This document shows, piece by piece, positions 36,434 through 45,912 of a DNA stretch of 52,257 nt. The number at the start of each line of letters is the position of its first letter. Positions within the stretch are counted from its first letter, which is position 1. The notes beneath the pieces were generated by a model. It did no database searches. It saw only the letters and a program-made list of their open reading frames with translations, and was not told the origin of the DNA. A program made the position numbers and the translations under genes. The stretch is from a virus (Duplodnaviria > Caudoviricetes), in the IMG/VR virus record IMGVR_UViG_3300042879_003234, positions 1 through 52,257 of that record. The stretch is one strand, 5' to 3'.

Positions 36434-36452
36434 AAAATTATGTATATTAGTA

Positions 36453-39400
36453 TTATGCTTGAGACTCAGACCAAGTAATTCTACCAGAGACCGAGAATGG
36501 TGATGATAGAGTAATCTGAGTTGGGTTCAGTGGAACAACCGCAAGAGTAAGAACGTCTGGACCATCAGGGAAAGCACTATCTCCACCAAGAATAGCATTA
36601 CCAAGAGAAAGAACAGAACTGATGTCCTGAGAGAAGGTGTTAGAAGATCTTCTACCACCAGAGGTTACTTCGTTACCGCCAGAAGCACGGAAAGAGAACA
36701 CTTTAACTCCGCTATCAGTGGTATCATTATTCTGGTGAGCAACTAGTTGACTCAAACTAGGTGCTCCTTGATTCTGCCAGTTTACGTTGTCTAATTGGGC
36801 ATTAAGGATGAGACGAATCTCAACGTCATGTGTTGTTAGAAGTCCAACACTTTGCAGACTCAATTGCATTCTATTAATAATTTCCTTAGCGCCTACTGCT
36901 CCAGTAAGTCCACCATCAACAGAAGGAGAAAGTCTGATTGAAATCAACGGAATCAGAGATGGTGGTGGAGTATTTTCACCCAAAGTATGAGCAACACCAC
37001 AAGTAGTACCTGCACCAATAAATCCTACACTTCCTAAAGATGGGTATGCTGGGTATTGAGAAGATACTGGAGAGTCAACAAAGAAGAAGTCAACATCTGC
37101 AGAATTACTTGAACCAATTCTTGAAACCCTATAAAGAAGTGCTGCTGGGTTTGTATTAACTCCAACTCTTGCTAAAATTTTGGAAGATTCTATTGGAGTA
37201 CCGAAAGATAAAGTATCTACAGTTTCCCATTCACCATCATTACTTCTGAATCTATGAATGAGTCTTTCACCATAACCAGATATAGTTGTTGGGGTAACAG
37301 TAAATCTAAATGCAGATCTAATTTGATGCGCTACACCAGTTCCAACTGATGAAATATTAACTCTACCTGTAACTCCACCTACAAGAGCATTTGCTTCAGT
37401 ATTATAAAAATAGAATGAATTATTATCACGTTTTCCAACGTAATAGAAAGATTCATTAGTCAAACCTCCAATTACAGTTCCTCCTCCATGACTATATTGA
37501 ATCAACTGACCAGAAGAGTATCCATGATTGTTTATAACAACATAATCAGATGCAGCAACTACTACTCCAGCGTTAGATCCATCAAATGTCCTAATTGTTG
37601 ATGTTGAAATTCCAGTTGATTCAGATCCACTTGCATTCACATAACGATAAAAAGTAGATGTTCCAGATCCAGCTACAACCCCAAATCCATCAACAATTTC
37701 GGTAGATCCAGAGAAAGTCAAGAGACTGGATGATGCAGTAAATAGATATGCCTGGTCACTTTGGAACTGACCATCCATAGCAACTGTCGATCCCCAGTGA
37801 GCTAGACTTGGTGCAAATGATGGGACACCTTCATTTTCAATTTCATATCTTGCAGGAAGATTACCAGACCTAAAGTATGCTTCGTTTAATTTATTATTAT
37901 GAATAAATTGATGAACATAAATTACTTCGCCATTTGAACCTTTGAATCCAAATCTTGCTTTACCAGCACCATACCAAGAATAATCAATATAAACCATTTG
38001 AATTCTGGTAACATCAAGATCATATCCAAACTTACCAGTTCCATCGCAAGGATCTATGCTAAAGTTTGCCTGACTTACTTTATCATCTACAGTTTTGGAA
38101 ATAATTGCTCCAGATAAGTCAGCACCTCTATATGCAGGTTGAATATAAAGTGTTGTATTAGCGCCAATAGATACAACCTTATAAGATTGTCCGCGAATTA
38201 CAATTTTATCACCCTCGATTAATTGATCAAGGAATCTTGTATTAGTTCCAGAAACAACATTTTCTCTTAAGTTAACTGATATTCTCCCAGAAAGTTGTTG
38301 AATACTATTTCTTCTAACAGCCTTTAAAGTAGTACCGTCATACTCCCAGAATAATCCATTTTGATCATCAAACATTCCAGCCTTTAATTTTGATCCTCCC
38401 CAATTTCTTACAATTAGTTGAGGAAATCCTTTAGCGGAAACTGTTGTTGTTGGAGTCCCATTCATTGTATATGTAAATGTTGTTGGAGATGGAACAGAAG
38501 TAATAGCAAAAGTTCCGTTATAATAATTGGTTTCTCCATTAGCAACTTCAGCATCTCTAATTAGAGCACTGGGCAATGATGATGTACTAATACCATGAGG
38601 ATAGCGAGTCGTAACTGTAGCAGTGGTTCCAGAGGAAACAATTGTTTCAACATCAACTGGAGGATTGAAATTAATTGCAAATTGTGCATTAATTCCTTTA
38701 CCAGATTGATATCTAAAGTAACGTCTCGTTTGACGAATAATTCTAGTATCAGCTACTTTTCCTGGATTAATTTCAACTCCACCATCAAATGGTCTGTGTA
38801 AACTATATGCTTCAGATTTAACGTATAAACCACTTCTTATCAAATAAGTGAGTCCGACACCAGTTAATGGTGAACTATCTACAACAGACAATTGTTGATT
38901 GCTACCAACAGAAGCAACAGTAGTTTCAAAAACAGAACTAATTCCAAGGTTTACTACGAATGGATCCCCTGGTTTGAATTGATTTAAAAATGCTGTATCT
39001 TCTCCAACAACTCTCAGAGATCCTTCGGTAATAGAAACTGATCCAATACCAGAGCTTTCACCAACTAGACTATATGAAGTGAAGGTATGTTCTGTTCCCG
39101 TTCCAACAGAAGTTAAATTTGTAGAAATTCCACTTAAAGCATTTGTTAAATCAGTTGCCAGTTTAATTCTATCTTTACTAATTCTAATCGCATAATATGT
39201 TCCAAGACCAGTCAATCCACCAATCGCAGTTCCCCCTCCAGTTTCATAAATGATTGGTGTTCCAGTAATGTATCTGTGTTCATTTAAATCTACTGTGTCT
39301 TCAGTAAGACCCACAGCAACAGATGGATCAAAAGTAATAATTGTTGGAGAAATTTGAGCTACATTTTTAAGAGTAAAGGATGTACTATCAACAATACTAT

Positions 39401-41531
39401 CTACTTCATATGCTCCATCTGTAGCACCAGTTGTACTTAAAGTGAGAGTATGAATACCAGCACCAACTGAAGTTAAATCAACTGCAGATCCTCCCAAAGA
39501 TGTTGCTAATTTAATTCTATTAGTGCTATCTTCAGAAGAAGGAAGTACAAAGTATGAAAGTCCATCAGACAATCCACCAATACTTGTTCCAGATCCAACT
39601 TCATATGTAACAAGTTCACCAGAAGTTAATCCGTGACCAGGAATATAAAATGTGTTAGCAGTTGTATTATTAGGATGTTGGGTAAATTTATGATCTGTTG
39701 CGATTCCGATTCCAGTATATGCAGTAATGTTTATTCTGGATCCATTTGATGTAGACTTCAATCCAAAGGTGTTGCTGTTTACTGGATCAATAAAGTAATT
39801 CGTACCACTTGTTAATCCAGATATAGCACTTCCAACTCCGACTTTATCATATCTTAATGTTGTAGCAATACCGACTACTGGATCATTTTCAAAGAATCCA
39901 TGATTATTAATACTAATTGTATTCGCTGTAGGATTAGTTTTTACAGGAATAAGAACTGCACCAGTTCCAGATGTGGGGAAAACATTACTGGTAAAGTTAA
40001 CTAAAGTTCCTCCACCATCGGCCGAAGTTCTTAACTGTGCAGTATTAACTCCCACAGATGTAACTGTTCCAAAATAATAGAATGATGTGGTTATACTTCC
40101 ACCATCCCAAAATCTTTCCTTGATTGATGTTGAAAAGCCAACTCCATGACCACCAGTAGCAGTTGCACCAATTGCAACTCCAGTATTAAATAACATCAAT
40201 GGAACATCTCTAGCGATACCAGTAGTATCGTCTGGATCCCAAACTTCACTTAAAGTTACTAAGTCTGTTGTAGAGTTAATTCCAGTGATACCAAATCCAC
40301 GTACAACATAAAAGATACCATTACCAGAAGATGTAGTAATTCCAGTAGCAGCTCCACCTACAGTCACTGCTAATTGAAATGTAGTTCCTCCAGCACCAAC
40401 AACAAAATATCTTCTTCGGTCTGTTAGTCCAGTTGGAAGTGTTGAATCTGGACCATTAATTACAACAACACACTGACCATCGGAGAAGATTGTAGTTGTT
40501 CCTAGTCCAACTGTAATTGTATTGGTCTGTACTTGTCCATTGGCTCCAGCACGGACAAGCAATGAAGTCATAAATCCAACGTAATCCCAAGGATCTACTC
40601 TAACAATATTTCCACTTGATACTCCATCATTATATACTTCATAAGGATTAAAAGTTTGAGTAATTACATCAAAATTTTCAATGTCTACTGCAGAAGAATC
40701 AAAAGAAATATTTTCTGTTCCTACAGTGTTAACTAAATAAAACTCAGATCCAACCTTAAATCCAGATGGATATTCAGTTGTAATTTTAATTTCCGATGGA
40801 TCTTGTGCATTAGAAACAATATTTGCATAATTTAATTGTGATCCAGCATAAAATCTTCCTGGAATAATGGTTGTATATGGTGTTAATAATGATCCACTTG
40901 TTACTGAGATATTTTTTGCAGTAATTGTAATCGTATCTGCGTCAGGAACTGAAGCAATTAAATAACTTCCATCAAGATTTGATTGAGACAATCCACGAAT
41001 ATCAATCGGAGTTCCTACTGTTAGTCCGTGAGCGGGTGCGTTAATTGCTAGTGAAGTGCTTCCATTAGTTCCAGTAACAGTAGAAACTTCAATAGAAGAA
41101 TCTCCACTCTTAGAATAAAATCCTGGAACATTATTAACTAACTCCAAAGTTTCCCATTTTGTTGGTTGTAGACCATATTCAAAGTCAGTATCAATTAGAG
41201 TTTCTGATTGAGATACACGAAACTTAGATACTGGGTCCGTAAAAGTTGCTGATGGCTCAAACTCTACAACATCATCTTCAATGAAAATCTGAAGTTCATC
41301 TCCAGAACTCATCGATGCACAGTTATATTCTAAAACAACCGTTGTTAAATCTGTAGTATCACTATAGGTAACAGAAGATGCACCTAGACCAGAATCGGCA
41401 AAATTATAAATTATATTACCACTTGTAACATTAGTAATTAATAAAAGCCTTCTTTGAGCGACTCTACCATAAATTTGTACAGTATCGTTGCTTGGGTCAA
41501 AGATATATCTAAACTTGAGTTTTTTTGCCAT
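36453..41531 (-). CDS. large virion structural/fibre protein, 1692 aa
   Basis: Repeated HG..TG..V.Y..G.GT.IGGL....YY beta modules, RQTRRYFRYQSGKG, YSWYGAG; TAAATA at 41570-41575. Confidence 0.8.
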   Translation of the reverse strand: MAKKLKFRYIFDPSNDTVQIYGRVAQRRLLLITNVTSGNIIYNFADSGLGASSVTYSDTTDLTTVVLEYNCASMSSGDELQIFIEDDVVEFEPSATFTDPVSKFRVSQSETLIDTDFEYGLQPTKWETLELVNNVPGFYSKSGDSSIEVSTVTGTNGSTSLAINAPAHGLTVGTPIDIRGLSQSNLDGSYLIASVPDADTITITAKNISVTSGSLLTPYTTIIPGRFYAGSQLNYANIVSNAQDPSEIKITTEYPSGFKVGSEFYLVNTVGTENISFDSSAVDIENFDVITQTFNPYEVYNDGVSSGNIVRVDPWDYVGFMTSLLVRAGANGQVQTNTITVGLGTTTIFSDGQCVVVINGPDSTLPTGLTDRRRYFVVGAGGTTFQLAVTVGGAATGITTSSGNGIFYVVRGFGITGINSTTDLVTLSEVWDPDDTTGIARDVPLMLFNTGVAIGATATGGHGVGFSTSIKERFWDGGSITTSFYYFGTVTSVGVNTAQLRTSADGGGTLVNFTSNVFPTSGTGAVLIPVKTNPTANTISINNHGFFENDPVVGIATTLRYDKVGVGSAISGLTSGTNYFIDPVNSNTFGLKSTSNGSRINITAYTGIGIATDHKFTQHPNNTTANTFYIPGHGLTSGELVTYEVGSGTSIGGLSDGLSYFVLPSSEDSTNRIKLATSLGGSAVDLTSVGAGIHTLTLSTTGATDGAYEVDSIVDSTSFTLKNVAQISPTIITFDPSVAVGLTEDTVDLNEHRYITGTPIIYETGGGTAIGGLTGLGTYYAIRISKDRIKLATDLTNALSGISTNLTSVGTGTEHTFTSYSLVGESSGIGSVSITEGSLRVVGEDTAFLNQFKPGDPFVVNLGISSVFETTVASVGSNQQLSVVDSSPLTGVGLTYLIRSGLYVKSEAYSLHRPFDGGVEINPGKVADTRIIRQTRRYFRYQSGKGINAQFAINFNPPVDVETIVSSGTTATVTTRYPHGISTSSLPSALIRDAEVANGETNYYNGTFAITSVPSPTTFTYTMNGTPTTTVSAKGFPQLIVRNWGGSKLKAGMFDDQNGLFWEYDGTTLKAVRRNSIQQLSGRISVNLRENVVSGTNTRFLDQLIEGDKIVIRGQSYKVVSIGANTTLYIQPAYRGADLSGAIISKTVDDKVSQANFSIDPCDGTGKFGYDLDVTRIQMVYIDYSWYGAGKARFGFKGSNGEVIYVHQFIHNNKLNEAYFRSGNLPARYEIENEGVPSFAPSLAHWGSTVAMDGQFQSDQAYLFTASSSLLTFSGSTEIVDGFGVVAGSGTSTFYRYVNASGSESTGISTSTIRTFDGSNAGVVVAASDYVVINNHGYSSGQLIQYSHGGGTVIGGLTNESFYYVGKRDNNSFYFYNTEANALVGGVTGRVNISSVGTGVAHQIRSAFRFTVTPTTISGYGERLIHRFRSNDGEWETVDTLSFGTPIESSKILARVGVNTNPAALLYRVSRIGSSNSADVDFFFVDSPVSSQYPAYPSLGSVGFIGAGTTCGVAHTLGENTPPPSLIPLISIRLSPSVDGGLTGAVGAKEIINRMQLSLQSVGLLTTHDVEIRLILNAQLDNVNWQNQGAPSLSQLVAHQNNDTTDSGVKVFSFRASGGNEVTSGGRRSSNTFSQDISSVLSLGNAILGGDSAFPDGPDVLTLAVVPLNPTQITLSSPFSVSGRITWSESQA

Positions 41532-41580
41532 CAGAAATAATCTCTAGTCTACAAGATTTTAGTTAATAGTATTTATTAAG

Positions 41581-41769
41581 TTAGGATCCAAGAGCTACTG
41601 AAAGTGCAATAACATCAGATGCTTTTGCTAGTTTTGTTCCCCCAACCGTTGAACCATCGTGGGTAACAAGTGTTTTTGCATCAGTATTGTAAGTTACTTC
41701 TCCCTCGGCTCCAGTAAACACAGAATGCTGAACATCTGTTCCTCTTCTAAGTTGAACCTGTTTAGCCAT
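41581..41769 (-). CDS. 62-aa Mtd_N-like domain-only protein with a hydrophobic C-terminal IALSVALG tail
   Basis: QLRRGT...FTGAEGEVTYNTD..TL..HDG.T.GG; TAAATA at 41793-41798. Confidence 0.75.
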   Translation of the reverse strand: MAKQVQLRRGTDVQHSVFTGAEGEVTYNTDAKTLVTHDGSTVGGTKLAKASDVIALSVALGS

Positions 41770-41800
41770 GATACTCTAGGAATATTATGAATTATTTATC

Positions 41801-43684
41801 TTATGTAAAGATACCGACACTTGTTGCAGACGGTAACTCTCTAACACTATACCAACTACCCCTCAATGGAGTTAGTGTTCCCGCACTACAAGTTACTCGT
41901 AAGGCTAATCCAGTTGAGGTAGCATTTTCCAATAAAACTCTAATGTTCGCATAGTTATTGGATCCAGAAATAATCGTTGGAGTAACTGGAAGAGCAACTG
42001 ATGCTGCAGTTTGTGTGACTACACCTCTCAAAGCAGATGCATCAGCTGTTGTAGTAATACCAGCAAAGTTAGAGTGTTCATAAACTGCGACCATATTAGT
42101 TACGGTTTGAGTATTTACAAGAGTATAAGTAACTGTTCCGTTTGTTGTTTTTGTGTAATATAAATGATAGTCAAAAAGATAAATTCCATTAGTAGGTAAA
42201 GTCAGTGTACTTCCAGTGTTTCCAAAGTAATTTGTAATGGCGACTCCGATTGGGTTTCGGTTTGCATTCAATCTATAATATTGGGTTGCATCAAGCATAC
42301 CTCTTCCGTTTGCCGTATTCGCAGTCGCATAAAAGACATCACCATCAAATTCAATAGCTCCAACTTCAGCATTAGTTAGAAGAGGTCCTGCAGCAAACTT
42401 TAGTGGAGAAGTATTTGCAGTAGCACTTCCTGGAGGTATCTGAAGTCTTGCTGTTGGATTTGTGGTTCCTATACCGACAGAACCAGAAAAATAAGCACCA
42501 CCAGATACTTGAAGTGATTGTGATGCTGTTCCTGTTGCTGATGCAGTGTTTATAAGAAAATTACCAGAACCATCAATAACTGATCTTATTGCTGAATTAC
42601 TAACATCAATAAAACGAAGACTTGGTGTTGAAGTACTACCAAAAACATCAATATACCAAGCAGTTGTATTATCAGTTGCTCTACCAAAACTTACCTGACC
42701 ACCTTCTTCATTAGTATCAACTCTACCTGCCTTGATTTCTCCACCAACAACATCAAGTTTAATTCCTGGTGCTGGATTTGTGGTTCCTATACCGACAGAA
42801 TCAGAAACATAAGCACCACCAGTAACTTGAAGAGGTTGATCTACTGTTCCTGTTGATGTTCCACCACCAATAATGGTTACAGATTGTAGTGTAGAAACGC
42901 CAGATACATTAATATTTCTTACAACACTTAAATCATCTTGTGTAAATTGAACACTACCTGCAGCAAGTCTGACGCCATTTGGAATTTGTGTAGAACCTAT
43001 TCCAACACCATAATTAAATAACCAAGCATCCGTGTTCAATCCAGTAGCAGTACCAGACTTGAACCACATAATTTTCTTATATGTGGAGGGATTGGTTTCA
43101 GCAGCAACAATATTCAAATCTACAAGTGGAGTTCCTTCAGTACTCGCAATTGCGATTCCACCGTGATTAGCAGTAGTATCTGATGAAGCAAAAGTAGTTC
43201 CTATACCAAGAATAATATCAGAATCTTCGATCTGTAATTGTTGCGTATTTAAAGTTACTGTAGTACCACCAACCGTAATACTTCCATATACTTGTAAATT
43301 TTGTTGAGCAACTACATTTCCATTAAATGTACTAGTGGTATCGACAACTAAAGAATTTAATGTTGCAATTCCAGTTGTTCTTAAAGTAGTTGCTCCAATA
43401 CTTGTTACTGTGGTAAATCCAGATACATTTAAAGTAGTTGCTCCAATACCTGTGAATGTAGAAACACCAGAAGCATTTAAATTAATTGCTTGAATATTTT
43501 TATTTGAAATAGTCTGAGTTACAGCAACTCCAACAGATTCATGTCCACCTTTGGTGACTCCATCATGAACTCTTAGAGTATTGTTTGTAGTATCAACTGT
43601 AACTTCTGCAACTGCACCAGTAAATCCAGCACCAGAAATATGATCTGAAGTTGAACCTCTTCTAAACTGAATTTCCTTAGTCAT
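41801..43684 (-). CDS. tail fibre/receptor-binding protein with an Mtd_N-like N-terminus
   Basis: QFRRG...FTGA..EVTVDT....RVHDG; VGIGTTNP repeats; TAAATA at 43708-43713. Confidence 0.8.
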   Translation of the reverse strand: MTKEIQFRRGSTSDHISGAGFTGAVAEVTVDTTNNTLRVHDGVTKGGHESVGVAVTQTISNKNIQAINLNASGVSTFTGIGATTLNVSGFTTVTSIGATTLRTTGIATLNSLVVDTTSTFNGNVVAQQNLQVYGSITVGGTTVTLNTQQLQIEDSDIILGIGTTFASSDTTANHGGIAIASTEGTPLVDLNIVAAETNPSTYKKIMWFKSGTATGLNTDAWLFNYGVGIGSTQIPNGVRLAAGSVQFTQDDLSVVRNINVSGVSTLQSVTIIGGGTSTGTVDQPLQVTGGAYVSDSVGIGTTNPAPGIKLDVVGGEIKAGRVDTNEEGGQVSFGRATDNTTAWYIDVFGSTSTPSLRFIDVSNSAIRSVIDGSGNFLINTASATGTASQSLQVSGGAYFSGSVGIGTTNPTARLQIPPGSATANTSPLKFAAGPLLTNAEVGAIEFDGDVFYATANTANGRGMLDATQYYRLNANRNPIGVAITNYFGNTGSTLTLPTNGIYLFDYHLYYTKTTNGTVTYTLVNTQTVTNMVAVYEHSNFAGITTTADASALRGVVTQTAASVALPVTPTIISGSNNYANIRVLLENATSTGLALRVTCSAGTLTPLRGSWYSVRELPSATSVGIFT

Positions 43685-43702
43685 ATTAAATTATATTAAA
43701 TA

Positions 43703-45280
43703 TTAAATATTTACTGGTAATGTAGCTCCAATTCCAACAGCACTTGGTAATTGTCTGATTCTCCAATAACTTCCCCTCAATGGAATGAAGTTACCATTGG
43801 TAGATATAACATGCAAACCTAATCCTTGGGCATTATTGTTATCCACAATAATCTTATATGCAAATTGATGACTTATGTTAGCACTCAGAGAACCAGTAAC
43901 TAAGTTTGATGAACTTACAGCAAGTCCAACTTGTCCAAAGTAAAGAGGAGCAGCAGCTGCTGCTGAGCTAACACCAGTAATTGGAGAATAAATGACGAAA
44001 TAATTTAAATGTGTGGGTGTTCCTTGATGAGTTAAGATTTGGAATGTTGTAATTCCAGCAGCTCCTCTACGCAAATATAAATGAGCATCTATCTCATATG
44101 TTTTACCTGCTGCAAGTGGAATTATATTTCCAAAGAAATTTGTGCTTGCTGTTCCAGTTACTCCAGTAATTGCACCTCTATCGGCATTTAATCTGAAATA
44201 ACTTTCAGCTGCAATGTGTCCTCTTCCAAGAGTTGAACTTGCAGTACCATAGAAACCTTCAGAAGCAAATTCAATTGCTCCCGTCTGAGCAATACTTAAA
44301 ACAGTATCTGAAAGGTTATGTAACTTAAGTGGAGAAGTTGTTGCTGTTCCAGCTTGAATAGCCACAAATGCAGCTGGATTTGTTACACCAAATCCAACGC
44401 CATTAGTAGTAACACTAAGTTTTTCTGCTGCTTGATCTAAACCACCAGCAAACAATGCAACTCTTTCGCCTGCTGCTGCAGCTCCAATTGATAAATTACC
44501 CGAAACTGTATATAAGTAAGCGTCTAATGATCCATTAATACTCCAAAATTCTGATGTAGTAAATCCACTATTATTGATACCGAGATCAACATATCCTGAA
44601 ACATCATTTCCAGTATCAGCAGTTACAACAAAGTCTGCAGATGCAGTAGTTCCATTATTGGTATTTCTTAAATTTAATTGAGTATAAGTAGTAGAATTAC
44701 CAGTGAAATCTCCAACCGCTCCAGCAAATCCAGGTGTATTAGCGGTAGCACCACTTCCAACAACTGATAAAGGATATGGTGGAAGCAATGTTCCAATACC
44801 AACAGATCCGATACCAGTTACAACAAAAGGAGTTAAATCTGGGTTTGCAGAATCTTCAACTAAAATTGCGTTTCCTGTTCCCAACTGATTGATTCTTAAA
44901 GCAGATCCTGTAGTATCAACTGCAATCGTAGCAATTCCACTTACATTTAAATTGGTTATATTAGAACTAGTTGCTGATAAAACTCCTACTGTAGCAACTC
45001 CAACATACCCATTAGTTATTGTAGCAACTCCAAGTGTTGTAATACCAGTTACAACTAAATCATCACCCCTTGCATCTACAAATGTTGTTAATCCAGAAAA
45101 TCCTTTGTTTGATAAAATCTGAGTTACTCCAACACCAACCAATTCATAACCGCCAACTTTATTATCGTCATGAACAACGACTATTTTTTTATCAGTATCT
45201 ACTGTGATTTCACCTTCTCTACCAGTAAAACTAGCATGAGCTGCAGAACCACCTCTTCTAATCTGAACACCTTTAGTCAT
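43703..45280 (-). CDS. tail fibre/receptor-binding protein with an Mtd_N-like N-terminus
   Basis: QIRRG...FTGREGEITVDTD...VHD; full TATAAATA at 45310-45317. Confidence 0.8.
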   Translation of the reverse strand: MTKGVQIRRGGSAAHASFTGREGEITVDTDKKIVVVHDDNKVGGYELVGVGVTQILSNKGFSGLTTFVDARGDDLVVTGITTLGVATITNGYVGVATVGVLSATSSNITNLNVSGIATIAVDTTGSALRINQLGTGNAILVEDSANPDLTPFVVTGIGSVGIGTLLPPYPLSVVGSGATANTPGFAGAVGDFTGNSTTYTQLNLRNTNNGTTASADFVVTADTGNDVSGYVDLGINNSGFTTSEFWSINGSLDAYLYTVSGNLSIGAAAAGERVALFAGGLDQAAEKLSVTTNGVGFGVTNPAAFVAIQAGTATTSPLKLHNLSDTVLSIAQTGAIEFASEGFYGTASSTLGRGHIAAESYFRLNADRGAITGVTGTASTNFFGNIIPLAAGKTYEIDAHLYLRRGAAGITTFQILTHQGTPTHLNYFVIYSPITGVSSAAAAAPLYFGQVGLAVSSSNLVTGSLSANISHQFAYKIIVDNNNAQGLGLHVISTNGNFIPLRGSYWRIRQLPSAVGIGATLPVNI

Positions 45281-45347
45281 TTATATTAAGCGATTAAGTC
45301 TAATATGTTTATTTATACTATTAGATAAACTAAGATCAAATTGATTA

Positions 45348-45617
45348 TTATGGTTTTGACCCCAATATTTCTTCATCCCAAATTGCTTTAAGTTCTGATG
45401 TAACTTCATCAACAGTAGTTCCAGAAATTTCTGCTTCTGTGACTATGTTTGTCACATCTCTAAGTGCTTGCTTTTGTGCTGCAATAGTAGAAGTATCTTC
45501 ACCCATTTCTAATGCACGCACAAAGTCTACATCCAGTTTTTCTAAAAGTGGTTTTCTTACCACTCGCATTTTATCTTTTTGAATTTCTTTTGCTTTGTCT
45601 ACATTAATTTTAATCAT
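45348..45617 (-). CDS. tail fibre assembly chaperone, C-terminal half
   Basis: R..R.PLL..LDV.F..ALE...KQALRD.T...ELKA.W. Confidence 0.7.
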   Translation of the reverse strand: MIKINVDKAKEIQKDKMRVVRKPLLEKLDVDFVRALEMGEDTSTIAAQKQALRDVTNIVTEAEISGTTVDEVTSELKAIWDEEILGSKP

Positions 45618-45877
45618 TTTCTATACTCCCTTTCCCAATCTTCATAATTCATTCCATAACCTGTTGGTTCTCCAAGTGCTTCTAAATCAAGTTCCCAAGC
45701 ATTAAAGAATGTGTGATCATTTGATACTTGTTCTTCATCAACAATCCAAAATGGTTTTCCAGTTGGAACTGCTTTAAATGCAATTTCAGTAATAGTATAT
45801 GTTTGGAGTGCCTCTGGTGTTGGGTATCCCACTGCTACCCCAGAATTTTCATTTTCGTAAAGGAATAATTCAGACAT
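45614..45877 (-). CDS. tail fibre assembly protein, N-terminal half
   Basis: EIA.K.VP.G.PFWIV......D.TF..AW. Confidence 0.65.
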   Translation of the reverse strand: MSELFLYENENSGVAVGYPTPEALQTYTITEIAFKAVPTGKPFWIVDEEQVSNDHTFFNAWELDLEALGEPTGYGMNYEDWEREYRK

Positions 45878-45912
45878 AAATGAAAGTTTTATCTTAAGAA
45901 TATTTATTTAAA

